DNA of 64,000 nt from an uncultured Ignavibacteriales bacterium (GCA_903929035.1 CAIYTF010000084.1:13938-77937); one strand, 5' to 3'. Counted from the first letter of the stretch, positions 47,184 to 57,384 are shown. The notes: a model not told the origin generated them from the letters alone. Numbers and translations are program-made.

Positions 47184-47686
47184 AAGCTGTTTTAACACGG
47201 GATGGTTACTTAACCACAACCATAGATGTGCTGGCTGCTTGGGCAAGAAAAGGTTCTGTGTGGCCTATGCCTATGGGTATTTCCTGCTGTGCAATTGAAA
47301 TGATGGCTGCCGGCGACCCAAAATATGATATAGCGCGTTTCGGTTCTGAAGTGATGCGTTTTACTCCACGCCAATGCGACCTTATGATTGTTGCAGGGAC
47401 TGTGACATATAAAATGGCGAAAGTCGTCCGCAAAATTTATGACCAGATGCCGGAGCCAAAATGGGTTATCGCTATGGGTGCCTGTACATCTACAGGCGGA
47501 ATGTATCGTTCGTACAACGTGGTACAAGGAATCGATCAATTTCTTCCGGTGGATGTGTATGCCGGCGGCTGTCCACCGAGACCTGATAATTTACTGAATG
47601 CCTTGATTCAGATTCAAGATAAGATAAACCACTCGCGCGCGCGCGATTTTCAAAACATTACAGAAGAGGAAGCGGCATTACTCTAA
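47174..47686 (+). CDS. nuoB: NADH-quinone oxidoreductase subunit B
   Basis: N2 cluster motifs [15 protein letters not shown] and GCPPRP. Confidence 0.95.
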   Translation: MGLEAVLTRDGYLTTTIDVLAAWARKGSVWPMPMGISCCAIEMMAAGDPKYDIARFGSEVMRFTPRQCDLMIVAGTVTYKMAKVVRKIYDQMPEPKWVIAMGACTSTGGMYRSYNVVQGIDQFLPVDVYAGGCPPRPDNLLNALIQIQDKINHSRARDFQNITEEEAALL

Positions 47687-48174
47687 TGGAACTACTAAAT
47701 AAAATTCTTGAAATTGTTAACACGGCAATTCTTTCCGCGAACGGAACAATATCAGAGTTCCGCGGTGATTTTGTTCTTACGGTAAAGAGTTCCCAAATTA
47801 TACAAATTGCAGAGTTGTTAAAGAATCATCCCGAATTGCAGTTTAAGTTGTGCGAAGATATTACAGCGGTGGATTGGGCAACACGCGAAAACAGATTCTC
47901 GGTTGTGTATCACCTGTTCAGCCTGCTCCATTCATTCAGGCTGCGCGTAGTTACGGTGCTTGAAGGCAGCGGGACAGCGATTGACACTGTTACATCTATA
48001 TGGAAAACTGCAAACTGGCAGGAGCGCGAGGCTTACGATATGTATGGCATTGAATTTAAAAATCACCCCGATTTACGCCGTATGTATATGCCCGAAGAAT
48101 TTGAGTATTATCCTTTGAGAAAGGAATTTCCCTTACTCGGTATCCCCGGCTCCCTTCCACTCCCGAAGAAATAG
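47686..48174 (+). CDS. nuoC: NADH-quinone oxidoreductase subunit C
   Basis: ANWQEREAYDMYGIEF motif. Confidence 0.9.
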   Translation: MELLNKILEIVNTAILSANGTISEFRGDFVLTVKSSQIIQIAELLKNHPELQFKLCEDITAVDWATRENRFSVVYHLFSLLHSFRLRVVTVLEGSGTAIDTVTSIWKTANWQEREAYDMYGIEFKNHPDLRRMYMPEEFEYYPLRKEFPLLGIPGSLPLPKK

Positions 48175-48180
48175 GCAAAT

Positions 48181-49434
48181 ATGGAAAAATTAACTAAGAA
48201 CGATGTTCACCCGAAAATTGTACAAGCACTTCTTGATATCAATTCTGATATCACGGTAGAAGATGTGCTTGACAATGAAATGATTTTGAATATGGGACCT
48301 CAGCACCCTGCAACCCACGGTGTTTTGCGTCTCCTGTTAAGATTAGACGGCGAAACCGTGGTTGCCTGTGTTCCGGAGCTGGGATATTTACATCGCGGTT
48401 ACGAGAAAATGGCAGAGAATATGAACTATCTCGATTTCATTCCTCATACCGACCGTTTAGACTATCTTTCCCCTCCCGCGAACAACGTGGCTTACGCGCT
48501 TGCAGTTGAAAAACTTATCGGCATTGAAGCCCCCAAACGCGCTCAATATATTCGTATGATTGTCACAGAGCTTGCCCGTATGGGTTCCCATCTCGTGGCT
48601 ATTGGTGCGCTCGCGATGGATGTTGGCGCGCTGACAGTGTTCCTCTGGACATTGCGTGAGCGGGAAAAAATAATGGATTTATTTGACTTAGTTTGCGGTG
48701 CAAGATTCACCACAAGTTATACCCGCATTGGCGGTGTCGCGCAGGATCTATCACCGGATGCTATCAGTAAAATCAAGGATTTTATTGGTCAGTTCAACAA
48801 AAAATTGAACGAAGTGGAAAACCTGCTCAACGGCAACAGGATATTCATCGAGCGGCTTGAAGGCATTGGTGTTATCTCGGCTGAAGATGCACTAAGTTAT
48901 GGACTCACGGGACCAAGTTTGCGCGGCAGCGGAGTTAAGCACGATTTACGCAAAGCTACTCCGTACCTTTTTTATAATGAAATTGATTTTGATGTTCCGG
49001 TATTTACTGAAGGTGACTGCCTCGCGCGGTATTTTGTTCGCGCGGATGAATTGCGCGAAAGCGCGAAAATTATTTCGCAATGCCTCGTGCAGATTCCGGA
49101 AGGCGAGGTTATGCTGAACAGCCCGAAAAAAGTATTGCCGAGGAAAACCGAGATTTATTCACGGATGGAAGAACTGATTCACGATTTTATGATTGTGAAT
49201 TTTGGTGTAAATCCTCCTGTCGGAGAAATTTATTCCGCGGTAGAAAACCCGAAAGGTGAACTTGGGTTCTATATTGTCAGTAAAGGCGAAGGACACCCTT
49301 GGAAAATGAAAATCCGCTCCCCTTCTTTCATTAACTTGCAGGCAATTCCGCATTTAGTTAAAGGACATTTAGTATCGGATGTTGTTGCCATCATCGGCAG
49401 CTTGGACCCTGTTATGGGTGAAGCAGACAAGTAA
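48181..49434 (+). CDS. nuoD: NADH-quinone oxidoreductase subunit D
   Basis: NMGPQHPATHGVLRL and LGYLHRGYEK motifs. Confidence 0.95.
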   Translation: MEKLTKNDVHPKIVQALLDINSDITVEDVLDNEMILNMGPQHPATHGVLRLLLRLDGETVVACVPELGYLHRGYEKMAENMNYLDFIPHTDRLDYLSPPANNVAYALAVEKLIGIEAPKRAQYIRMIVTELARMGSHLVAIGALAMDVGALTVFLWTLREREKIMDLFDLVCGARFTTSYTRIGGVAQDLSPDAISKIKDFIGQFNKKLNEVENLLNGNRIFIERLEGIGVISAEDALSYGLTGPSLRGSGVKHDLRKATPYLFYNEIDFDVPVFTEGDCLARYFVRADELRESAKIISQCLVQIPEGEVMLNSPKKVLPRKTEIYSRMEELIHDFMIVNFGVNPPVGEIYSAVENPKGELGFYIVSKGEGHPWKMKIRSPSFINLQAIPHLVKGHLVSDVVAIIGSLDPVMGEADK

Positions 49435-49560
49435 GTTAATGGTGAATTATTAATTGTTAATGGTAAATTGGCAGCTATTTGCTGAAATTCAAACCGAGTA
49501 CCTAAACAATCACGTAAATTAACCATTAGAATTAATCATTAATAACTAATAATTAAGATT

Positions 49561-50034
49561 ATGAATTTTTCTTTTACTCAGGAAAACTTAGATAAAATAG
49601 AGAAGGTATTGGCGAAATACCCTGATAAACAGTCAGCTGTAATGCCTGTTCTCTATATCGCGCAGGAACAAAACGGATACGTTTCCATTGAAGTAACGCG
49701 TGAGGTTGCACGCGTTCTCGAGATGGATGAAACAGATGTTCTTGGTGTTGCCACGTTCTATTCAATGTATCACGAAAACGAACCTGGGAAATATCATATT
49801 CAAGTGTGTACAAGTGTGTCCTGTATGCTGCACGGCGGAAATGATATTTTCAATGCAGTAAAAGCCAAACTTGGTGTTAAGCGCGGCGGAACAACGCCAG
49901 ACAAGAAATTTTCACTTGAAGAAGTTGAATGTATGGGCAGCTGCGGCACTTCACCTATGATGGTGATAAATGAAGATTACTATGAAAATCTTACGCCTGA
50001 AAAGGCTCTACAAATTATTGAATCGTTGAAGTAA
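49561..50034 (+). CDS. nuoE: NADH-quinone oxidoreductase subunit E (2Fe-2S)
   Basis: CTSVSC and CMGSCGTSP cluster motifs. Confidence 0.9.
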   Translation: MNFSFTQENLDKIEKVLAKYPDKQSAVMPVLYIAQEQNGYVSIEVTREVARVLEMDETDVLGVATFYSMYHENEPGKYHIQVCTSVSCMLHGGNDIFNAVKAKLGVKRGGTTPDKKFSLEEVECMGSCGTSPMMVINEDYYENLTPEKALQIIESLK

Positions 50035-50047
50035 CCGGAATCTGAAA

Positions 50048-51370
50048 ATGGAAAAAATAGTTCTTCCTGATATTGAAAACTTGCACAAACTTGATGTATA
50101 TATTGCCAATGACGGTTATTCCTCAGCTAAATTAGCATTCACTCAATCACCCGATGAAATTATTGACCAAGTTAAAAAATCAGGTCTTCGCGGGCGCGGC
50201 GGCGCGGCTTTTTCGGCGGGACTCAAGTGGAGCTTTATGCCGAAATCAACTGCAAAACCCAAATATCTATGCATTAATGGCGATGAAAGCGAGCCGGGAT
50301 CATTCAAGGACAGGCAAATTTTTGAATATAACCCGCATCAATTGATTGAAGGCATTCTAATAGCCGCCTACGCGATTCAGGCAAAAAAGTGTTACATATA
50401 TATCCGCGGTGAATATCACAAATGGGTAAAGCTGATGCAGGATGCTTTGGATGCGGCTTATAATGCCGGTTTTATTGGTGAAAAGATGAAAGAAACATTC
50501 GGTACAGAGTTTGTTTGTGATATTTATATTCACAAAGGAGCAGGCGCGTACGTATGCGGTGAAGAATCATCCTTAATGAATTCCATTGAAGGAAAGCGCG
50601 GATATCCAAGGGTAAAGCCTCCTTTTCCTGCTCACGTTGGCTTATGGGGCTGCCCAACCACGATTAACAATGTTGAAACACTTACGAATGTCCCGCCTAT
50701 CATCAAAAAAGGCTGGGAATGGTTCTCTAAAATCGGCGAGCCGAAACACCCGGGCACATTGCTCTTTGGGGTAAGCGGGCACGTCAATAAACCAGGCGTG
50801 TATGAATTGCCATCCGGAACACTATTGACGGACATTATTTACAACTATGCAGGCGGCATTCCGGGTGATAAGAAAATTAAATGTGTAATTCCCGGCGGTT
50901 CCTCGATGCCGGCTCTGCGGGGAGACAGTCTCGAAGGAATTAAAATGGACGCGGAATCACTGCGTGCGGCAGGTTCAGCAATCGGTACCGGCGGTATTAT
51001 GGTAATGGATGAAGACACCGATTTGGTGAAAGTTCTCGCGAGAATCGCGAAATTCTACCATCACGAAAGCTGCGGGCAATGCACCCCTTGCCGTGAAGGT
51101 ACCGGATGGATGGTTAAAGTCCTCAACAGAATCGCGATCGGTGAAGGCTCAAAAAAGGATATAGATTTACTCATATCAATTGCCGGAAACATAGAAGGCA
51201 ATACAGTATGCGCGTTAGGCGAAGCAGCAGCGTGGCCCGTGAGATTTATGATAACCCGCTTCCGTGACGAATTCGAAGCGCGAGTATCCGGGCACATAGC
51301 GCGGGATGTAAGCAACAAGGTTCACTCAATGCGAAACACTAAAAATCCACTCGTGCCGGTGGAACATTAG
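50048..51370 (+). CDS. nuoF: NADH-quinone oxidoreductase subunit F (FMN, 4Fe-4S)
   Basis: GLRGRGGAAF, GAGAYVCGEES and ESCGQCTPCREG motifs. Confidence 0.95.
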   Translation: MEKIVLPDIENLHKLDVYIANDGYSSAKLAFTQSPDEIIDQVKKSGLRGRGGAAFSAGLKWSFMPKSTAKPKYLCINGDESEPGSFKDRQIFEYNPHQLIEGILIAAYAIQAKKCYIYIRGEYHKWVKLMQDALDAAYNAGFIGEKMKETFGTEFVCDIYIHKGAGAYVCGEESSLMNSIEGKRGYPRVKPPFPAHVGLWGCPTTINNVETLTNVPPIIKKGWEWFSKIGEPKHPGTLLFGVSGHVNKPGVYELPSGTLLTDIIYNYAGGIPGDKKIKCVIPGGSSMPALRGDSLEGIKMDAESLRAAGSAIGTGGIMVMDEDTDLVKVLARIAKFYHHESCGQCTPCREGTGWMVKVLNRIAIGEGSKKDIDLLISIAGNIEGNTVCALGEAAAWPVRFMITRFRDEFEARVSGHIARDVSNKVHSMRNTKNPLVPVEH

Positions 51371-51553
51371 TTTGAAGTGCATATTTACGAGTGAAATATT
51401 TGTATGTTATAGAAAGGCACAAGCTGCATCTATCTGCCCGCTTGAATATGTAGGCAGCAAATGGTAAAATTTAGGTGTTGTAGCAGCACTTTTCGGTTTT
51501 GATTAGCACAATTCAATTATTATTTTCATTTTCCTCAAACAATAAAGGTTATT

Positions 51554-52894
51554 ATGACAGATTATTCACGTAAATTTATTTTAGATGTAAAAGCAAAAAA
51601 CCCAAACGAATTAGAGTTTTTGCAGGCAGTTGAAGAAGTTGTCGAATCATTGGATGTTGTTTTACACAAGCACCCTGAATATCGATCGGCAAAAATACTT
51701 GAGAGAATGGTTGAACCGGAGCGTGTTCTAATGTTCCGAGTTCCCTGGACAGATGATAAAGGAGAAATTCATATCAACCGCGGTTACAGAATTCAAATGA
51801 ACAGTGCCATAGGACCTTATAAAGGCGGACTTCGTTTTCACCCTACTGTTACGCTGAGCATATTGAAATTTTTGGCTTTTGAGCAGGTAATTAAAAACAG
51901 CTTAACAACATTGCCAATGGGAGGTGGAAAAGGTGGTTCCGATTTTGATCCTAAGCACAAGAGCGATGCGGAAGTAATGCGTTTTTGTCAAAGTTTTATG
52001 AGCGAACTTTATCGTCATATCGGCCCAAATACAGACGTTCCCGCTGGTGATATTGGCGTTGGAGAACGTGAAATCGGATTCTTGTTTGGACAATATAAAA
52101 GATTGAAGAACGAGTATGGCGGTGTATTAACAGGTAAAGGTATGAATTGGGGCGGTTCATTTGTGCGTCCGGAAGCTACTGGTTTTGGAGCCACTTATTT
52201 TGCTCAAGAAATGTTAAAAGCCAAAGGCAGGGACATTGAAGGAAAAGTTTTCTCCCTATCCGGCTATGGAAATGTCGCTTGGGGTGCCGCGTTAAAAATC
52301 ACCGAACTTGGCGGCAAAGTGGTCACTCTTTCAGGACACGATGGTTTTATCTATGATAAACACGGTGTCAAAGGCGAAAAAATAGAATATTTGCTCAAAC
52401 TTCGATCAAGTGCAGATGGCAACATAAAAGATTATGCCAATAAATATAAAGTAGATTACTTCCCGGGCAAACGTCCTTGGGGTGTGAAAGTTGATGTTGC
52501 TATGCCTTGTGCCACTCAAAATGAAATTGAAACGGAAGACGCGAAAGAACTCGTGAAAAACGGTTGTATGTGCGTTGTCGAAGCATCAAATATGCCTACA
52601 AGTTTGGAGGCTTATCATATTTTAAGAGAAGCGGAAATTTTATTCGCTCCCGGCAAAGCTTCCAACGCGGGGGGTGTCGCGACAAGTGGTTTGGAAATGT
52701 CACAAAATAGTATGCGCCTTCATTGGTCGCGGGAGGAAGTTGACAAAAAATTGAGGGAGATAATGCAAAGTATTCACAATACTTGTTTAACAACTGCTGA
52801 AAGATTCGGTGTTCCCGGAGACTACGTTGCCGGCGCAAACATTGCAGGATTCCTCAAAGTAGCAGACTCAATGCTTGATCAAGGATTGGTATAA
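51554..52894 (+). CDS. gdhA: NADP-type glutamate dehydrogenase
   Basis: KGGLRFHP and LPMGGGKGGSDFDPK motifs; 446 aa. Confidence 0.95.
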   Translation: MTDYSRKFILDVKAKNPNELEFLQAVEEVVESLDVVLHKHPEYRSAKILERMVEPERVLMFRVPWTDDKGEIHINRGYRIQMNSAIGPYKGGLRFHPTVTLSILKFLAFEQVIKNSLTTLPMGGGKGGSDFDPKHKSDAEVMRFCQSFMSELYRHIGPNTDVPAGDIGVGEREIGFLFGQYKRLKNEYGGVLTGKGMNWGGSFVRPEATGFGATYFAQEMLKAKGRDIEGKVFSLSGYGNVAWGAALKITELGGKVVTLSGHDGFIYDKHGVKGEKIEYLLKLRSSADGNIKDYANKYKVDYFPGKRPWGVKVDVAMPCATQNEIETEDAKELVKNGCMCVVEASNMPTSLEAYHILREAEILFAPGKASNAGGVATSGLEMSQNSMRLHWSREEVDKKLREIMQSIHNTCLTTAERFGVPGDYVAGANIAGFLKVADSMLDQGLV

Positions 52895-53043
52895 TTATTT
52901 GTACCCGATATATTAGCGTGTGATATTTTTTTCCTAATAGCAAAATATTACATTAACTATAAAGTAGATAAATTTGGAAAGCCGCCAACAAATGCGGTGT
53001 ACGACTAATTGTCCCGAATTTTGATTGCCGTTCGTTGAGCGGA

Positions 53044-53224
53044 TCCTAAACGGCTGCATAGCGCGGGAGGGTTTTGGTTCTGCTCAACAAACAATACTTG
53101 TTAAGGACTTGTTCAGAAATAACATTAACAATTTCTCAGGCGAAGACCGCGAAGGGTTTTATGTTGGAAGAATTAAAGATTATTTCTTTTACAAGGACTA
53201 AGGCAAATTTGTCGTACACCCAAA
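53044..53224 (+). repeat. Paralogous intergenic element, copy C2 (upstream of the chemoreceptor), interrupted by MITE-like copy 2
   Basis: Aligns with 39887..39980 on both sides of the 53104..53198 insertion. Confidence 0.7.
53102..53200 (+). mobile_element. MITE-like dispersed element, copy 2 (95 nt plus flanking TA/TA), nested in repeat C2
   Basis: The paralogous uninterrupted site in C1 reads CTTGT-TA-AGGCAAA (TA at 39956-39957). Here it reads CTTGT-TA-[95 nt]-TA-AGGCAAA. Imperfect terminal inverted repeats are CTTGT..AAATAA / TTATTT..ACAAG. Confidence 0.6.
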
Positions 53225-53378
53225 GGGTGCTGTTCTATTGTTCGCGTGATAACAAAAACAATAGAAAAAGTATTCCCAAAAACTAAACAATTTGTTTTAT
53301 ATTTCGATAATGAAGTTTAAATCTATTAATTTTTCATAATATGCTATTTTAATTTTAATAATCAATAGGAATAGAGAA

Positions 53379-55379
53379 ATGGGACAATTTTCAATTGCAA
53401 GACGAATAAATTATTTACTTGGTTTAGTCCTATTTTGTTCGCTTGGAATAATTTTTTTTCTCCTTCTAACAAAGGAAGAGACATTAAAAGTAGAAGTAAC
53501 TAAAGAGAATGTCCACGAACTTTCTGAGATATTGAGAGAATCAATAATGTTTTCAATGGCAGGGGGGGTTCCTGATGTGACTCCATTGATTCGGCAAATA
53601 CAAAAAATAAAGAATATCCGCGAATTAAGGGTAACTCCAACCAACCTTATTCGTCCAAACAGTGAATTAAAACTTGACGGGCAAGAAATTGAAGTTCTTA
53701 ATTCGCGAAAACTAAAATTTTTTAATGAAATCTACAAGGGTGAAGAAGTTTTAACTTCTATTGAGTTGCTCTCATCAAATGAAACCTGCACATCCTGCCA
53801 CGAATCAGTAACAGGTGATCCACTTGCAGTTGTAAGCATCCGCTATACTATGGCAGAAACCTACGCGACAATTGCCTCGCAGCGTCTTGAAGCAATTCTA
53901 CTGGGTATAATTGCTCTATTGGTTGTCTTCTTCCTGATTAAATATTTTATTAAAAAATATATCCTGCACGATCTTGATCGAACGGTTGCGGCACTTGATA
54001 AACTTTCTGTCGGAGACATTTCCGAAGAGATTACAACTGACCGTAATGATGAAATGGGCAAACTTCTAAACTCGCTCCAGTCCCTTCAACGCGGGTTGAA
54101 AAATCAGGCTGACGCCATTTTAAGAATAGCAAATGGAGACCTCACTTCTGATATTCAGCTGCTTTCTCAAAAGGATGTTTTAGGCAAAGCAATGCAAACC
54201 GTGAAGCATAATCTTTCGAAATTGGTGGATGATACAGCTATGCTGTGTGCCGCGGCTATTAACGGCGATTTAGGGAAGCGTGCCGATGTCAGCAGACAGA
54301 AGGGTGATTACCAAAAAATCGTACACGGTATAAATGACATTTTGGAAGCAGTTATAAATCCGATTAAGGACGGTGCGACAGTACTCGCGTTTATGGCTGA
54401 TGGTGATTTTACTCAAAATATATCCGGCGAATATAAGGGGGATCATAAACTTATAATAAATAGTATTAATAAACTGCATAGCTCACTTTCTAAATTAATA
54501 GCTAACGTGCAGGATGCCGTTGATGCTACTGCAAGTGCCAGCGCGCAAATATCTTCAAGTGCCGAGGAAATGGCTTCCGGTGCTCAATTGCAATCAACAC
54601 AAGCATCAGAGGTTGCAGCAGCAGTCGAAGAGATGACCAAAACCATCTTTGAAACTACAAAAAGTACTTCTGTTGCATCAGAAACTGCCAAAAAATCCGG
54701 TAAAATGGCTAAAGAAGGAGTTGGTGTAGTTACTCAAACTATTACCGGAATGAACAGGATTGCTGACGTGGTATCTAAATCTGCTGATACTGTTTTTGCT
54801 TTGGGTCAAAGCAGCGACAAAATCGGTGAAATTGTTCAGGTTATTGATGATATTGCCGATCAAACTAATCTTCTGGCTTTAAATGCCGCTATTGAAGCTG
54901 CCCGCGCAGGTGAACAAGGAAGGGGTTTTGCCGTGGTTGCTGATGAAGTGAGGAAACTTGCAGAGCGAACAACCAAAGCAACCAAAGAAATTGCCTCGAT
55001 GATAAAACAAATTCAGAAAGATACTGATAGTGCTGTTGAGTCAATAAGAGAAGGTAAGGATGAAGTTGAGGCTGGAAAAAAACTTGCTACCGAAGCCGGA
55101 AAAGCCCTTGAAGAAATCGCTTCTGGAACACAAAAGGTTACCGATATTATTGTCCAGGTAGCCGCAACCGGTGAAGAACAGTCTGCAACCTCCGAACAAA
55201 TTAGCAAAAGCATTGATGGTATCAGCAATGTTACCAGAGAAACAGCCGGGGGAATTGAGCAAATGGCAAGGTCTGCCGAAGACTTGAACCGATTAACTAC
55301 AAATTTACAGGATTTACTGAGTACATTTATCATAAAAAAACAAGATACCAAATATCTCAAAATAGATCTGGGGCGGTAA
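53379..55379 (+). CDS. Methyl-accepting chemotaxis protein with a CxxCH-containing periplasmic domain and multiple HAMP-like repeats
   Basis: TM1 (aa ~12-30), periplasmic region with CTSCH (aa 137-141, nt 53787..53801), TM2 (aa ~170-190), HAMP. Signalling hairpin [37 protein letters not shown]. Confidence 0.9.
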   Translation: MGQFSIARRINYLLGLVLFCSLGIIFFLLLTKEETLKVEVTKENVHELSEILRESIMFSMAGGVPDVTPLIRQIQKIKNIRELRVTPTNLIRPNSELKLDGQEIEVLNSRKLKFFNEIYKGEEVLTSIELLSSNETCTSCHESVTGDPLAVVSIRYTMAETYATIASQRLEAILLGIIALLVVFFLIKYFIKKYILHDLDRTVAALDKLSVGDISEEITTDRNDEMGKLLNSLQSLQRGLKNQADAILRIANGDLTSDIQLLSQKDVLGKAMQTVKHNLSKLVDDTAMLCAAAINGDLGKRADVSRQKGDYQKIVHGINDILEAVINPIKDGATVLAFMADGDFTQNISGEYKGDHKLIINSINKLHSSLSKLIANVQDAVDATASASAQISSSAEEMASGAQLQSTQASEVAAAVEEMTKTIFETTKSTSVASETAKKSGKMAKEGVGVVTQTITGMNRIADVVSKSADTVFALGQSSDKIGEIVQVIDDIADQTNLLALNAAIEAARAGEQGRGFAVVADEVRKLAERTTKATKEIASMIKQIQKDTDSAVESIREGKDEVEAGKKLATEAGKALEEIASGTQKVTDIIVQVAATGEEQSATSEQISKSIDGISNVTRETAGGIEQMARSAEDLNRLTTNLQDLLSTFIIKKQDTKYLKIDLGR

Positions 55380-55438
55380 CTCTTTGATTTAGCCTTTGAA
55401 AGCAGTCCTAAATTAGAGTTTGTCTGCAATTCATAGCA

Positions 55439-55573
55439 CGGTAAACCGCGATCAAAAAAGTTTAAAAGTCGGAATGTTTTTTTGTGCCTGTAACTAACTA
55501 TTATACTGTAAGTTATACGAACACCACAAAATATATTGACATAAAAAATAAAGATTTACATTGTAATACTATA
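55439..55573 (-). repeat. Inverted-repeat element, copy B (135 nt)
   Basis: Reverse complement of copy A (43888..44013), with an extra CAATGTAA. Confidence 0.85.
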
Positions 55574-55723
55574 ATATCGAATTTCCATTGATTGCAAGCC
55601 GGCAAATAGAGTTTATCTTTTTCAGATAAATTATTAAAGAAAAGTATGATGGACTTTTCAATTGTTATGACTTATTTTTAATTCATTTATTACCGGTTAG
55701 GATACCAAAACAGGTACATAATT

Positions 55724-56599
55724 CTAATGATTAATATCGGTTAGCATATCGTATGTTTCAGGGCGGCGGTCTCTATAGAACTGCCATATATTACGCACTT
55801 CCAATATTTCATCAAGGTTCAAATCGGCGGTTACTATTTCATCTTTATCCCGGCTTGCTTCCGCGATAATTTTTCCGCGCGGAGAACAGAAATAACTTTG
55901 TCCAAAAAATTCTCCTATGTTCCAAGGGGCTTCTATTCCAACACGGTTAATTGCACCGACAAAATACCCGTTAGCAACCGCGTGTGCAGGCTGCTCCAGC
56001 TTCCAGAGGTATTCAGCGAGGCCCGCGACAGTTGCGGATGGATTAAAAACTATTTCAGCACCGTTTAAGCCAAGTACGCGGGCACCTTCAGGAAAGTGGC
56101 GGTCATAGCAAATATATACGCCTATATCCGCGTAAGCAGTTTTGAACACAGGGTATCCGAGAGTACCCGGTTTAAAATAGAACTTTTCCCAGAAACCCGG
56201 CTCACAATGAGGAAGGTGATGCTTGCGGTATTTGCCAAGATATTTGCCGTCAGCATCGATAACTGCCGCGGTATTGTAATTTACTCCGGTAATTTCTTCT
56301 TCATAGATAGGGACAATAATAACCATACTATGTTTTTTGGCAAGTTCCTGCATTAATTTAATGGTTGGCCCATCAGGGATTCGTTCAACAAGCGAGTACC
56401 ATTTTGTTTTTTGTTCCGCGCAAAAATAGGGACCAAAAAATAATTCCTGCAGACATAAAATTTGAACCCCTTTTTTTGCAGCTTCTTCAATCATTATGAT
56501 ATGCTTATCAATCATCGATTGTTTCACTTCCATAATTGGTCTTTCGGAAGATATTGAAAGGTTTGCCTGAATCAATCCGCCTTTAACTATTCGAGACAT
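55724..56599 (-). CDS. Carbon-nitrogen hydrolase (nitrilase superfamily; beta-ureidopropionase / N-carbamoylputrescine amidase-like)
   Basis: Glu-Lys-Cys triad contexts LCLQELF, YRKHHLP and GVYICYDRHFPE. Confidence 0.75.
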   Translation of the reverse strand: MSRIVKGGLIQANLSISSERPIMEVKQSMIDKHIIMIEEAAKKGVQILCLQELFFGPYFCAEQKTKWYSLVERIPDGPTIKLMQELAKKHSMVIIVPIYEEEITGVNYNTAAVIDADGKYLGKYRKHHLPHCEPGFWEKFYFKPGTLGYPVFKTAYADIGVYICYDRHFPEGARVLGLNGAEIVFNPSATVAGLAEYLWKLEQPAHAVANGYFVGAINRVGIEAPWNIGEFFGQSYFCSPRGKIIAEASRDKDEIVTADLNLDEILEVRNIWQFYRDRRPETYDMLTDINH

Positions 56600-56652
56600 A
56601 ATAACTCCATTTTAATACTGAAAACACGGCTATTCCGCTCAAAATTTCCCAT

Positions 56653-57384
56653 CTATTTAATTTCAAACGACGCGTTCACCACCGCTGTTATTTCTTTTTC
56701 AACAGATGAGACATCATTAATTCCGGAGTCTGAAATCGCGTTGGAGTTTTTGGGAGTTATCTGCAGCACTCCCATTCGCGCATTTCTCAATACACCAATC
56801 TTCGAGTTGGATGCTTCTGCAATTTTTGTTGCTCTAATATAGGCATCTTTTGCTGCCTCTGCCTGAATTTCAATTTTTAATTTAGCTATTTTTGTAAAAT
56901 AATATTCAGGTTGATCAACAGTAAAATTTACTCCTTTTTCAACAATTGATGAAATATCCAAAGAGATATTTTTGATTTTTTGGCAGTCTTCCGATTGAAT
57001 TTCAAATCGCTGAGAATAATTATATCCGACCACATTATTTGTCATCGCGCCTGAAGGAGTGAGTTCATAAACACTATTGCTTACCACTGCATTGAGTACA
57101 ACTTTATCCTTTGGGAAACCTTGTTTTGCAAGATAGTCATACAGAGCAGGCTTTTGTGCTTCTAATTTGCGAAAAGCATCGGCAGCCCCCGATGATGTAG
57201 AGTTTATAGTTCCGCGTAAAATTGCAAAGTCCGAAATGATGTCGCGTTTAGCCGAGCCTGTTACCGTGATTGTTTCATTGGAACTCGTGTGATTTCGCCA
57301 CGCGCTATTCATAATTATGCCGACAATGATAAAACCGGCTGCAATAATACTTGCAGAAATAATAAGAGGATTTTTTTCTTGCAT
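56653..57384 (-). CDS. SIMPL / DUF541-domain periplasmic protein with N-terminal membrane anchor
   Basis: N-terminal TM, ITVTGSAKRDI.SDFA start and overall SIMPL-like length and pattern. Confidence 0.6.
   Translation of the reverse strand: MQEKNPLIISASIIAAGFIIVGIIMNSAWRNHTSSNETITVTGSAKRDIISDFAILRGTINSTSSGAADAFRKLEAQKPALYDYLAKQGFPKDKVVLNAVVSNSVYELTPSGAMTNNVVGYNYSQRFEIQSEDCQKIKNISLDISSIVEKGVNFTVDQPEYYFTKIAKLKIEIQAEAAKDAYIRATKIAEASNSKIGVLRNARMGVLQITPKNSNAISDSGINDVSSVEKEITAVVNASFEIK

Noticed and set aside
53074-53286. 70-aa ORF upstream of the chemoreceptor.
   Set aside because: It is composed of repeat C2 plus the nested MITE-like insertion. The reading frame is an accident of repeat sequence.
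55432-55441. Shared decamer CATAGCACGG between the flank of inverted-repeat copy B and repeat C1 (39911..39920), suggesting the two repeat families are related.
   Set aside because: Similarity does not extend beyond 10 nt on either side. Copy A has CATAGGGCGG at the equivalent place. This is most likely coincidence.
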